NCBI GenBank assembly: GCA_030770535.1
Contig: JASVEC010000003.1
Coordinates: 1,116,001-1,180,000 of the forward strand
Direction: 5' to 3'
Origin: Batkoa obscura
Taxonomy: Eukaryota
DNA length: 64,000 bases
A program made the position numbers and the translations under genes. Shown here in pieces: positions 39,449 to 51,756 of the stretch. A model generated the notes under the pieces. The model was not told the DNA's origin. It saw only the letters and a program-made list of their open reading frames with translations, and searched no databases. Position 1 is the stretch's first letter. Every line of letters begins with the position of its first letter.

Positions 39449-40432
39449 TGGTATTAGGCTTTGCTTTATTGCTCATGTTTATTTAACTCAGTTTAACTTT
39501 TATTATTCTTATCTAAGCATTTTATTAATTTTATACTTTTGATTTTTTAATGATTAAAAGATTCTTTTTTATCTGTATTATTTTTTAAAATTTATATTAT
39601 TATAAAATAGATTTATTATTATTTTGATCAATAAATGAATTTAGTTTACACATTGTATTTTTGATGGTATTTTTATCAATAATTTAATGCTAATGATATT
39701 AACAACATGACATATACTCTTTATTTATCGATTTCATCCAGAGAATAATCAAAGAAAGACTAGGCTTTGAGGCAAAAATTACAATTCTTAAATAAGAATA
39801 ATCCAATCTATATAAAAAGGTGAAAATAAGGTTACTAATAAATAAGTTATTAACACTTAAAAAGCGGGCAATCTTTTTATGTTTACCGAATTTTAACTTA
39901 AGCTATACTAAAAGAGCCTCAACTAATCAAATTAATCTAATGGTTCCTTGAGATTAAATCGATTAGTTGAAACTAGCTGTATAGTAGAAATTTATATCAG
40001 CCACAATTTAAAAAAACATATTAATACGTTTCCCGACAATAATGTGTTAATAGGTATTACTACAGAATAGATGTTATTACTCAAATTTTTAAAGTTAAAC
40101 ATAAGGTTTGATTTCAAAATTAACAATTCGATAACTGCCAATACTATGACTCATCCTACTTCAAGTAAAACTCTTTAGCTACTATTTGTTCCATCATTAA
40201 AAAAGAGCTATCTTCAACTATAATACAAAGTACCGCCACTCATAAGCGGTTATATACACAATTTAACTTTGGCTGGGTTTGATTGTTGTGTAGTAGAAGC
40301 TGCATTGTAAACTGATTATAATTCTTTTGTTTAATTTTAAAGTAATTATATACTATAATAGACTTAAAAATATATAGCGTATATATAGCAAAACTGTTTA
40401 TTACACTTTACATAAAATTTAGTGACCAAAAA

Positions 40433-42083
40433 GTTACCGCCATATCTTTTCTATATCATAAAGGTTGCCTAGAATATGTTTAGAAGGCTGTTGTATTTTT
40501 CCTTGGAGCTGTTCAAAATTGTTTAGATTATTATTTGTTTCTTTATCAGAGTATTCCCTATTTCCATTCCTCAGAATATTATCCCTAACATATTTAATAC
40601 ACAGATAGCTAAAAAATTTGATTTACATACTTAATTCTGTAATTAGGCTTAAATGAGACAAGATAACTGTTTTTGTCAAATTGTGGAACCAAATTGATAT
40701 ACTTCTTTTGAGATGAATATGTATGATCCAGTTCTTCTTGAGATTGAACTAAATAAATTAATAACGTATTATTTGAAAACTATGTACTACCTTCTAAATA
40801 AGTTGAAGGTCTTAATAATGAATCTTGATACACTTGATCTTTTGATTTGATATTACCTAACGGATTGTTCTTTATTAATGAAATCATATTATCTCGTTTG
40901 GCATTGTTTCTTGAATGTTTTGAAGTTGAGGTATTTTCTTTAAATCTGTTATATTAAATGCCAATTATTAAAATATTTATTACCTTCTTCTTGATCAAGT
41001 ATTTTATTATCAGTATTAAAGAATTTTGATTTTTTTAGCACTGTAGTTCTTGATGTTGATGTTCCAAAGTCTTTCATAGAATCACTATCCAATATCTTAT
41101 AAATTTTTAATCTTCTTTGTTCTTTATTTAAACCAAGAAACTCTTTCTCTGAAAAATTAAAATTATCGAATTTTTTGCGCACTATATCTGAAGGTCTAGT
41201 TCTTTCAAGCTTAGGAAGCTAAAAAGCCAATAAATACTATATCAAGTTATTAAATTAAATTAAATATTTACTATTATCCGATGATTTGAAAGCTTATTTG
41301 AAATAAACTAGAAAAGTAGCATTAAACACTTAGCCAAGAGGGTATTTAAATTCGTCTGGTACCTGAGGAATCATACTACGCTTTTGTTTCTTCTCATTTA
41401 TTTTCCTTTTTGATATCATTTTTGGCTCTTCTAGCTCCTTTATTAGTAAATGACGTTTATTTGATATCCTATTTTCTGGCTCATAATAAAAAGAGTTCAA
41501 TATACTGACAGGCTTGTTGTTGACGTTATTGTTTTTAGAAAGGGAACTTTCTATCCCTTGGTTATTTGAGTAGCGTGCGCTTTTATTTCTAAGATGTTCA
41601 TTTGGATCATCTTTTAAAGCTTCTTTTATAGGGGGCAAGTAATTACATTCATGGTCGATCAATACTAAACCTAAATAAACTCTATGAGAAAACATTATTA
41701 CATTCCCACGCTAAAAACTAAACCTTGTGATTTTTGAGATATTGATCTTAATAAATTTAAATTAATCATTTTTAAATCTTTAAAATAAATTACCTGTCTT
41801 CTGTAGAATCCATGTTATAAATTAGTGGTAAAGCAAATGTACGATATATTTCTGAATAGCTGTTTTGTATTGGAGTTTGATTTAGTTGTGAAAGCTCTAA
41901 TTTGGGCTCAGGAATTGGTGTTGTCCTTGGTGATGAAGCTGCTTCTGACGTGATTGCTGGTGTTGAGAAATTCGAAGCAGGTATTAGTCTTATTTGATCT
42001 TCAAGATACTTTTCGATTAGCTCCATTTTGTATTTAGAAAGGTATATCGGCGCTAGTTCTCCATCTTCAAAATTTACTGACAT
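40433..42083 (-). CDS. hypothetical protein, multi-exon, largely low-complexity; 3' end uncertain
   Basis: Co-oriented ORF segments (42083-41790, 41695-41330, 41182-40949 and further) bounded by GT/AG sites. No family recognised. Confidence 0.55.
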
Positions 42084-43665
42084 TATAGGAGAAAAATTAA
42101 ACTAAAACCAAACTGTAATTTCAAATCCTTTATATACTAACTGCGCACACTTATGACGCACTTGTTTGATTTTAGCTCCTTTTTAGTAAATTTTGCAAAT
42201 GATTTTGAAGTGTTTGGATTTGCTTAGTATAACAAATCGAAAAAATGTAAATCCAGAGCAAACTTTTAATTTTAATTTTTATCTTTATGTCTTATATTTT
42301 AAATTAGGTTTATTAAGCTAAAATTAAGTCAAAATCGTTACACTTAAACATAGCCATAAGGTTTGGCATCCACATCCTTATATTATAGACTATGATGAAA
42401 CATTATATTAGTAAACTGTAATGACGAATTCTATGTTTATTGGTTTACTTGGCTTATATTTATACTTACAATGTCCCGACTTTTGCTTAATGTGATAAAA
42501 TAAGCCAGATTTTTACGGGAAAACTCAAAAATGTTAGGGCATTCATTAAAATCTACTCTCTTTTCAATAAAAAAAAAACAAAGGCCGATAAAAACCATCA
42601 TTGTTAACATGTTAGCGTTATGTATGAATTATAAAAAATTCCTAAAGTTAATTTATGCTACATTTACTAAAAAAATTTAGTTGTCACTTTAAAAGCGGAT
42701 CGTTGAAGTTGAAACATATTTTAAACTTTGGGTTGACTTAAAGCAAAATCAAATTCACCTTCAAAATTGATTAGTTTTTGCAAAATATTTCAAATAAAAA
42801 AGCAATTTCCCTCCCAAATAATACTTGATCTATTTTAAAATTTTGTAGCTATTTCTAAAATATGCTAAAATATCCAATCAATTGATTGGCTGTACATTCG
42901 AGATTATTAGCTTTCTATCGAAAATAACGGAAGTTCTTGACCAAATATATAAACACATTTAACGCTTTATTATTTTGTTATTAGTGGCATGAATATCTAG
43001 GCATGTTTATTTCAATCAAATACTGTTCCAAACTTATCGTAAATTTATTTTTCATGGCAATTTTAAAGATCTTTATTAGCGAGATGGTCAAGATTAAGCA
43101 TGACTGTTATAAATTCGATGGTTAATTTGTGTAGTAAATGTGGTAGTTGAGATTGTTTATCTTGTTGCAGCTGTCAAATTTCAATTATGAAGTGTGTAGG
43201 TGCTTATTTAAACCCGAGAACTAAGCCAAAGTTGGCTTAAGCTCAAGTGATAGTTTAAACTAAAGGATTTTTTGCCATATTTTAATAAAAGCGCTATTTA
43301 TAAGTTGATGGTTTTTTATTCTTTCTACAGCAATTTTAACTGATAGATTGCTTATATTATCAAATTAGAAGGAGGTAATGAGTAGTTTACCACTGGGTTA
43401 AAATGATTCGTCAATTTCGATCAATAGATATTAACTCTGGCCCTAACCATTAGCATATATGAGCTATTTTATTTGATGATTTTCGGCTAACCATTTCTAC
43501 CACCAGCAATAATAATCAAAGTGGCAACATACCAGATTATATTTGTCTACAAAAAATCTTCTTTATTAGCTCTATAAGTTTCAATGCAAGTCAGCTGATT
43601 TTGAAGCAGTAAATCATAAAAAAACTACCCAAATAAGTGGCAGCTGTAAAAATTTTGCGAATAAC

Positions 43666-43713
43666 TACATAATTGAACTTTAACAGCTCACACTGTTAAA
43701 GTTCAATTGTGTA
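43666..43713. repeat. 21-bp hairpin (inverted repeat)
   Basis: TACATAATTGAACTTTAACAG-ctcaca-CTGTTAAAGTTCAATTGTGTA, 20/21 Watson-Crick pairs plus one G-U. Confidence 0.85.
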
Positions 43714-44501
43714 ATATTATTCCGGATTTTGTAACTAATTATGTGTACTATTATTTTGGTTTACAGCTTTACTTAAAATTTCATTTCAAAATCAACAGTT
43801 AGCTTTATACGATTGGATTTAACAGTTATAATGAAAGAAATGAGCTTCAAATTAAGTTAAAACGAGTTTTAAATAATATATTTTATATACTTACAAATCC
43901 TACATTATTAATGTAAGTGTTTGTTTTAAAAGTAAGCTGTTGCTCTTATTGGATTTTTAAGTTGACAGCATCTAAAATTTTACCTAATTTAACTCAAATG
44001 AAACCAAAACATATTCTTTCAAAGGTACAAGAAACTAATATTGCTATTAAAAAATAATTTAAATGTTTTTTTTACATAATTGATGGTTTTGTAAATTAAA
44101 TATTGTCATCTAGTTACAGTTCTACTAATTACATAACAGCATTTAATTCATGAGTCCATTAAATTATATGGAAAAATATACATTTAAATTATTTTTTTAA
44201 TAATAGCTTTGTTTTAAATAAACAATTAAAAATAACTATATTTTATAAACAGTAACGCAGCTAGATAGGCTATAATAGTTGATTTTAAACATCCTACAGA
44301 AAAATTAACTTTAGTATTTTAAAGTTGTTATAAAAAATAATGAAGTTAATTGCCCTAGATGCTATTTGAAATCAATTTGTTATACGATTATTGGTATAAA
44401 AAACCTTAATATAGTTTAAGAAAGTGAAAGATTTGATATTGATATATTTAACTGATTTTATAAACCGTTAACATTACACAAGTTTATAATACAATATTAA
44501 T

Positions 44502-44605
44502 ATATGGGAATGTATTTTTTTGTTTAAGGATTTTACTAACAATTTTTCCACTTAAATAGCGCTTAAGAATGGAAAAAGTAATGAAACCAAAAAACATCCC
44601 CATTT
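44502..44605 (+). mobile_element. ~105-bp MITE family 1 copy
   Basis: ATATGGGAATGTATTTTTTTGTTTAAGG...AAAAAACATCCCCAT. Confidence 0.82.
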
Positions 44606-45343
44606 GTTACTTTGCTTAGCGAATTTAAACATATTTCTAAAAAAGAGTACATTTTATCAATATCTGAGTCCTTGTTCTATATAATTCGATAAGTTTAAGT
44701 CATATTTGAAAATCTTTAATTGCCTTAAAAGTGAAATTATTGGTACTTGTAAAACTCTTATCTATAAACCAAAGTACTTTGGCTAAAAGACTATGATAAA
44801 GTGTCCTTTATTGAGATTTTGTCTATGGTAATAAATTTTATTATTTTTTAAACAGATATCCTATCATGCTTTAAATATCTAATAAAATAACAGAATTTAA
44901 TCTTCTGCTTTTTTAATAACAGAATAGGATATTTTTTTATTTAAAAATAAGTAGAAGCCTATCTTTACATCAATATAAATGTTTAATACACTTATTCTCA
45001 TAAATATTTTAAACTTAAATTATGAAACTAAAAGACGTTTGCCTTTACTTAAGGAGTAACCTTAATAGTTACAAGACTACTACGTATTATACTCCATAAA
45101 GTTTGAGACATAGAATTACACTAACAATAAAAGTAACAAGATATATAAATTTAGTAACAACTGTATATATTTTAAGTACTTGAGCATTGAATGAATAAGA
45201 TGTGCTCTTTATTTAATCCAATGTAATTTTAATAAACTATATTTGTGTTAGGTTATTAACTATTTCTATTTATTTGTGTCACAAATAAAATGTAAATGAT
45301 AACTTATAAAAACAAAATCTTGCTTTTACTTTTTCAAGGAAAA

Positions 45344-46354
45344 ATGTTACAATCAAAGGAAGAATTAAAATTAACTCAAATACAAAGTGCATTACATATT
45401 TTAAATGACAAAATACACACGACTCCAGTGTATACAAACAGCAGTATCAATGAATTGAGTTCTCATTTTAACTTTTATTTCAAATGCGAAAACCTACAAA
45501 AAACAGGAGCTTTCAAAATCCGTGGGGCAACGTATGCTTTGGATCGATTAGTTCACCAACATGGTATTGGAGAATTAAAAAAGAAAGGAGTGGTTACTTT
45601 TTCAGGTGGTAACCATGCACAAGCGCTTTCTTTAGCTTCAAGAAGATTGTCGGTACCATGTACAATCATTATGCCAAATAACTGCTCAAGTGTTAAAAAG
45701 CAAGCTGTGATCGGATATGGTGCAGTTGTTTTACTAAGCGAGCCAGATGAAGCTTCGAGTATTCACTTAGTAAATCAAGTTATTGAAAAAACCGGAGCTT
45801 ATTTTATCCATCCGTCTAACGATAAACATGTTGCCTGTGGGCAAGGAACTCTAGCTTTGGAGTTTACAGATCAGGTCAAATCAATGGATGTAGAGTTGGA
45901 CGGTATAATTGTACCTATTGGCGGTGGTGGATTATTAGCTGGTACTTGTGTAGGAGTAAAAGGACTTAATGAGAACATTAAAATTATTGCTGCTGAACCT
46001 AAGGGAGCAGATGATCTATATAAATCGATTCAAAGCGGAAATTATAAAGCATGTAGTAACCCAGATACTATCGCAGATGGATTGAGATGTACCGTTGGTG
46101 ATTTAAATTTTTCCATAATAAAAAAGTATGTTGATAGAGTTTTTACTTGTTCAGATGACCAAATTATTAAATCCATGCAGCTAATATGGGAAAGGATGAA
46201 GTTAGTTGTTGAACCTTCTGGAGTTGTACCTTTAGCTGTTGCACTATATAATGAAGAATTTCAAGAAAAGTTTAAAGGGTTAAAGAATGTAGGTATTATA
46301 CTTACAGGCGGAAACATTGATCTAACTGATTTTTTTGATTTTTACAACAAATAA
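45344..46354 (+). CDS. PLP-dependent serine racemase / Ser-Thr dehydratase family enzyme, intronless
   Basis: TPV, FKCENLQKTGAFKIRGA (PLP Lys), SGGNH, GQGT, PIGGGGL, AAEP..ADD, TIADGL, VEPSG, TGGNID. ATG 45344 is preferred over 45296. Confidence 0.92.
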   Translation: MLQSKEELKLTQIQSALHILNDKIHTTPVYTNSSINELSSHFNFYFKCENLQKTGAFKIRGATYALDRLVHQHGIGELKKKGVVTFSGGNHAQALSLASRRLSVPCTIIMPNNCSSVKKQAVIGYGAVVLLSEPDEASSIHLVNQVIEKTGAYFIHPSNDKHVACGQGTLALEFTDQVKSMDVELDGIIVPIGGGGLLAGTCVGVKGLNENIKIIAAEPKGADDLYKSIQSGNYKACSNPDTIADGLRCTVGDLNFSIIKKYVDRVFTCSDDQIIKSMQLIWERMKLVVEPSGVVPLAVALYNEEFQEKFKGLKNVGIILTGGNIDLTDFFDFYNK

Positions 46355-46467
46355 AATGAATGCCATTTCTGATATGAATATCGATTAACTATAATGTTCA
46401 TGGATACAGGTGGCGCGAAAGTAATGAGTAACATCTGCTTATTTCAAGTCTTGTTTTTATGTTTAAC

Positions 46468-46568
46468 ATAAGGGGATGTATTTTTGTTTAAGAATTTTAC
46501 TAACAATTTTTCCGCTAAAATAGCGCTCAAAAGAGAAAAAGTGATGAAGCCAAAAAACACCGCCATAA
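46468..46568 (+). mobile_element. ~105-bp MITE family 1 copy
   Basis: ATAAGGGGATGTATTTTTGTTTAAG...GCCAAAAAACACCGCCATA. Confidence 0.82.
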
Positions 46569-46608
46569 TTTGATTTTTATTAAGAAATTTAAATGAAGTA
46601 TAAAGAAT

Positions 46609-46715
46609 ATATGAGAATGTTTTTTTTGGTTTCATTACTTTTTCCATTTTTTAAGTACTATTTGAGCGGAAAGATTGTTAGTAAAATCCTTAAACAAAAA
46701 AATACTTCCCCATAT
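46609..46715 (-). mobile_element. ~105-bp MITE family 1 copy
   Basis: ATATGAGAATGTTTTTTTTGG...AAAATACTTCCCCATAT; inverted relative to 46468. Confidence 0.82.
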
Positions 46716-47167
46716 AATTCTAAAAACTATATTATCATCATTTTGTGTTATATATTTAGTAATAAACCTTTATGGATTTAATATTATATTAATAAGCTTA
46801 CATTATTTTAGACTTTCAGTTATTTAAAAGTATAAAAGTATAAAAGTATAGAAGTATAAAAAAAACTGCTTCAAGGTAATCACATTATACATCTTAAAGA
46901 AATAATATATTACCTTAACCATGTTGATTTATTGAAAATTCTAGAACGATGTAAATATTTTCATTTATCAATTCATCAATTGTATTCCTCAGACTTATTA
47001 CAGCCAATCTTCAAATTCAGATGAACTTAATAAATATTTAATAATAGTGTATTATCGTAAACAAACGCGATGGTTCACAAATATATACCATAAACAATAA
47101 AAAGGACTTTAAACCATGCATAAAGAGTAACATAAAAAACCACTAATTTTAATTAAAAACTAACGTT

Positions 47168-48004
47168 GTGACGAACACAATTAATTTAAGTTTAACTGAT
47201 GTTGAAGATGCAGCTTTGAAACTTGAAGAAGTTCGTAAGAAAGAGATAGTAGCCCATTTAATTGGAAATCATGCTCAAGCAGCAACTTTAGTATCCAAAA
47301 TCTCTGGAATAAAAAGTACAATTGTACTTCCAATCACATGTTCAAAAGTAAAATTAGAAGTTGTTTTAGGTTGCGGTGCTAAAGTTATAGAATGCGAACC
47401 TAGTATTGAGCATTGTATTAAAACCATCAATAACATTATTAAGGAAACTAGTGCTTACTTTATTCATCCCTTTAATCATAAAGACGTTATCGTTGGTCAA
47501 GGAGCCGCTGCTTTAGAATTACTTAAACAAACTGAAGAGATGGATGTAACCCTAGATCCAGCAATTGCTCATGTAAGCAAGGGTAGATTAATATCTGGTA
47601 CCCTTATAGTAGTTAAAGGATTCGATAATAAAATCAAAAGATTCAATGGTGGACCAAAGGAGGCCGATGATTGTTACCAATCAATTAAAAGTGGTTAACT
47701 TACTACTTGTGAGAATCCAGTTACTATTGCGGATGAATTAAACACCACTATACGTGGATTAGTTTATCGAATCATTAAAAATAATTTAGATAATATATTT
47801 GAAGTCATTGACGATGAGATTGTTAAAGCTATGAGAATAATTTGGGAAAGAACGAAATTAGCTGAACCTGCGGGGGCTACACCCTTAGCTGTTGTTTTAT
47901 TTAATGAGGATTTCAAACAAAAGTATGTTGATGTTAAAGACACTGAAATAATCATATCAGGTGGAAATATTGAACTAGACTATTTCTTTAATTCACTTAG
48001 ATAA
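47168..48004 (+). pseudogene. serine racemase-family pseudogene (tandem paralog)
   Basis: Collinear with 45344-46354 (GNHAQA, YFIHP, GQG, PKEADD, TIAD, IWER.K, SGGNI). It lacks the segment with the PLP lysine, has no ATG, and has an in-frame TAA at 47696. Confidence 0.85.
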
Positions 48005-48220
48005 TAAAGACACTTAAAAATTAACGAAAAAAGCAAATTTTAGTGATATATTATGAATTTTACATTTGATAAATAAATAAACAAAGCTATTTATTATCTA
48101 ATTTATAAATGATAACATCTAAAAATTTACTTGGTAAGATTAAAGTACTATTATTAAATGCTAACATCTCTGATAAAAAGTTTTATTTAAGATATAGGAT
48201 ATAGTATTAATGTACAGAGT

Positions 48221-49330
48221 TTATCTCATCCTACTCTTAAATGAAGCTCTTATCTTGTCTTTCCATGTCATGTTACAGGTAGATTGTTCCGGGTTTTTAC
48301 CTGCAATCCTTTTGATCAATACTACAAACTCTTTCCTAGTTTTAGTATGAAGAAGAAGAAGTAGCAATGCATTAGCTAACCCGTAACCAGATCTAAAGTG
48401 AGTACAAATTCCATCTAATACTCTTGTCCTTGTCCATCCCATCAAAATCTCCATTTGTTCTAACAGTAATTCCGGAGTATAACAGATATATATAATTAGT
48501 AATATGATCAAGATTCTGTACGCTACAATATATCCTTGATGCTTCATCCTTTCAATTTTACTAATCTTACTGAACGTTTCTGCACCACTTAATTGGATCA
48601 CTTCCTTTTCAAGCTTTAATTCTTCTAACTCATACGGGTGGGGATAGCTGATTTTCTTTCGATTTGCTCTCAATACCGTAATTGATGGTCTATTCAAATA
48701 CGATTTTAAACAATTTCTATGAAACAGAGCAATTTTGATATAGAAAATGGTGATCATAACTAGACTGAATACTATATTATACGCCATTAGTATTTGAATA
48801 GGCGTTCTTTTAAGATCGTTAAGGTGTGGTGACCAAATGTGACATGCTAAGCCACCAGGCATTTCGACAAATAAAGAGTCAGCTAATCCGTAAATAGCAC
48901 ATGATATGATAATAACGACAGGAAGTAGTATAATCGAAAATTTTAAGTAACTAATATTACTTGATTGGGTTACTATAGAGTTATATCTTACATAGCTTAA
49001 AACTCCCAACATATAGGTAGTAGAATGCATAGTAATCATTAATAAAAATCCAGATAAATTACAATCACTACTATTAAAATTGCTGCCATTGGTTTGGATT
49101 TTAAAAACATTTAAATCATTTGCAAACCCGACTATATATTTTGTAACGATGGAAGCGCTAAAAATAATATCAGATATAACTATAAACAAGATAACATTCC
49201 TTTCTATCAAGTTGTTGTCCCATTTCTGTTTGAAAATTAAATAAAATACGATCAAGTTAAATATCAAAGTTGGGACTATAATGGCTATTGAATAAGCATG
49301 TATGGCAATTTCATATGAGTCCAGCTCCAT
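48221..49330 (-). CDS. rhodopsin-like (class A-like) 7TM receptor, intronless
   Basis: Seven hydrophobic segments, TM1 Asn, TM2 SD, Cys at the top of TM3 and in ECL2, VRY (DRY-like), CYTP (CWxP-like), long third intracellular loop. Confidence 0.8.
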   Translation of the reverse strand: MELDSYEIAIHAYSIAIIVPTLIFNLIVFYLIFKQKWDNNLIERNVILFIVISDIIFSASIVTKYIVGFANDLNVFKIQTNGSNFNSSDCNLSGFLLMITMHSTTYMLGVLSYVRYNSIVTQSSNISYLKFSIILLPVVIIISCAIYGLADSLFVEMPGGLACHIWSPHLNDLKRTPIQILMAYNIVFSLVMITIFYIKIALFHRNCLKSYLNRPSITVLRANRKKISYPHPYELEELKLEKEVIQLSGAETFSKISKIERMKHQGYIVAYRILIILLIIYICYTPELLLEQMEILMGWTRTRVLDGICTHFRSGYGLANALLLLLLHTKTRKEFVVLIKRIAGKNPEQSTCNMTWKDKIRASFKSRMR

Positions 49331-49843
49331 TTTGAGTTATTAAAATATTGTATAAAAAATATTTGAAAGTATTCAAATAATCACTATATAAATAATAACT
49401 AAAAGCCCCATGAATAATATGTGTTAATTAATTTTATTTCAGACTAATATTTTCATGATAAAATATAAAAATAGCCAATTTCATGTTTTGATTTATTCTT
49501 GTGACTCAAACCTTTTATTAATTTATTTGCATTTAAATTAAAAATATTTTAAGTTTATACAACTTTTTATGTAATAATCGTTAAACATTAATATATTACA
49601 AGATAAGGTTATATTAAATATTGTCATAAAGTTAATTTATAACAATTTTATTACTATTTATATTTATTTGGTCCATTTTTATATAAAATTTAGACTGCAT
49701 GAAATAATTGTTCATGCATTTATTTTAATAAATATTCAAAATGACAAAATGCATTAAATAATATGATATAAATTTGGTTATATAACATGAATTTATTTAT
49801 AAATGGAAAATAGATCAATATCTAGGTACCAGATATAATTACA

Positions 49844-51667
49844 ATGGTCGCTATTACAAAATACTCAAATATTAAACTTAGCATGTCTTCAAGCGGATTC
49901 GGTTCATGTAACTAAAGACATGGGGTTATTTTAACATTCAAATTCTAATGATATTATAGGGGCAACTTCAAGTGAGGATGAAAATACTATTATAACTGAA
50001 AAAAAGTAAATTGATACAATGATATCAAAAATTGAATTTTATTTTTAGTAAAATTGAAAATTTTATAATTAATCTGTTAATTAACTTGAAGAATAACTCA
50101 ACTCCAACATGTTTTATTCTAAATAAAAATAAGTATTTGTAATATTTCAATTAAAAATCTTACAAGTGTAGGAAATTAAATTTAGATACTATAAAAGGAT
50201 CTGAAAAATATGGTAATTGTTGTACTCATTAGTTAGCTCATTAATTAGCTTATCAATTGATAAGCTACAATGTTTAAGATATTTCAGATTTCCTACAATT
50301 CGTTAAATTCTGGAGTTATAAGCACCAAAAGGTAATATATATATAAATACAAAAGTATAGTTTTATTTTTATTAGAGATATTTATTATAAAGACGTCAAC
50401 TTGTTTAAATCTACTAGAGTGGTAGATAAAGTAAAGCAATATAACTATATTAATATTTCTAATGAAGATAGTCTTTAGCTTTAATAAAAAAGCATCATAA
50501 TATATTCTATGAAAAATTAAATATTGTAATATTTTATTAGTTTAATAGTTGTTATCTAATCTAAATAGATTGCTTCTCCGAAAGGGCTTTATTCTGGTTC
50601 TATATCAATATTTACAAAAGATAGACCATTTGGAAATTTTTCTACGAAATGCGATGTATTATTTAGAGCATATATGGTTAAAAAATACTAATAATTATTT
50701 AGTGGAATTTGGTGCCGTACTCAAATTCAATACTAGGTAACTATTTGGATCAACATTTCATATACTAATAAAAGATATACAATGTGAAAGCGATTTTGTG
50801 CTCATTGTAGAAAAAGAAGTTTGTGAATATAAACATAAGTTATTTTACTAATAAAATTATAGGCTATTTATGAATATTTGATATCAAGTGGATTTTTCGA
50901 AATGTTCCCTAAAAGTACTTTGATTACAGTAAATATTATAAACATCATTATTTTATTTAATATTATTATAGGGGAAAGGATATCCGGTAGATAAAAAAGA
51001 ATAAATAAGATCTAATATTTATATTAGGACAACTCAACTAGAAATTTATTAAAGCTAATTAGTAATAAATACAATATTGACAAAAAGGCGCCGAAAATTA
51101 AGATGTTTATATTAACTGATTGGGATCCATTTGGTTGCTATTAAATGATATTTTAGATATACTTATATTTATTATCCTAGGAATTGATATTTATTGTACT
51201 TATAAATTTGGGTCAAAAGTAGAATAGTTGAAATAGCTTAATGATCTAATAAAAAGGTTTTAGATAAAACTTATCAAGATGACTACAAGTTATATGAGTT
51301 GAAGTGGCTGGGAATTTATCACGAAAATAACATTAATAGCAATATGAAAAGCTCAAATCTAAATAAATATCAAAACTTAAATGAATATGATCTAAAAAAA
51401 GCATACAATTTACTGAAAAAAGATCAACTAGTTTATAAAGAGGAGATTATAAGGTACTTAACTTTAATGTGATAGAAATAATTAGTTTATAAAAATATTA
51501 GGATCGAGCTTTCTAAGATGTTATTCTATCAAAAAAAACATGAGCTTCAATCCATGACAGTTGATCATTCGACTTTTGACTCAAAAGTTGTATATCCCGA
51601 AAACCAGAACTTGATTTTATGGCTAAATAAAAAGCTAAAAGGGATATGCTATAATACATTCATCTAA
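49844..51667 (+). CDS. SPO11: meiotic recombination transesterase Spo11, many short exons (5' end uncertain)
   Basis: Spliced exons give STKRDIYYKDVNLF (catalytic Tyr region 50383-50388), IASPKGLYSG, FVLIVEKEAIY, LITGKGYPD.STR, LTDWDPFGIDIYCTYKFGS, LKWLGI, K.ELQS. Confidence 0.9.
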
Positions 51668-51756
51668 TACTATAATAAAATGCATATTGAAATCTTAAAG
51701 TGTCTTTCATACCTTTTATTTAATCAAAATACGAATTTCATTTAACAATTATCGAA

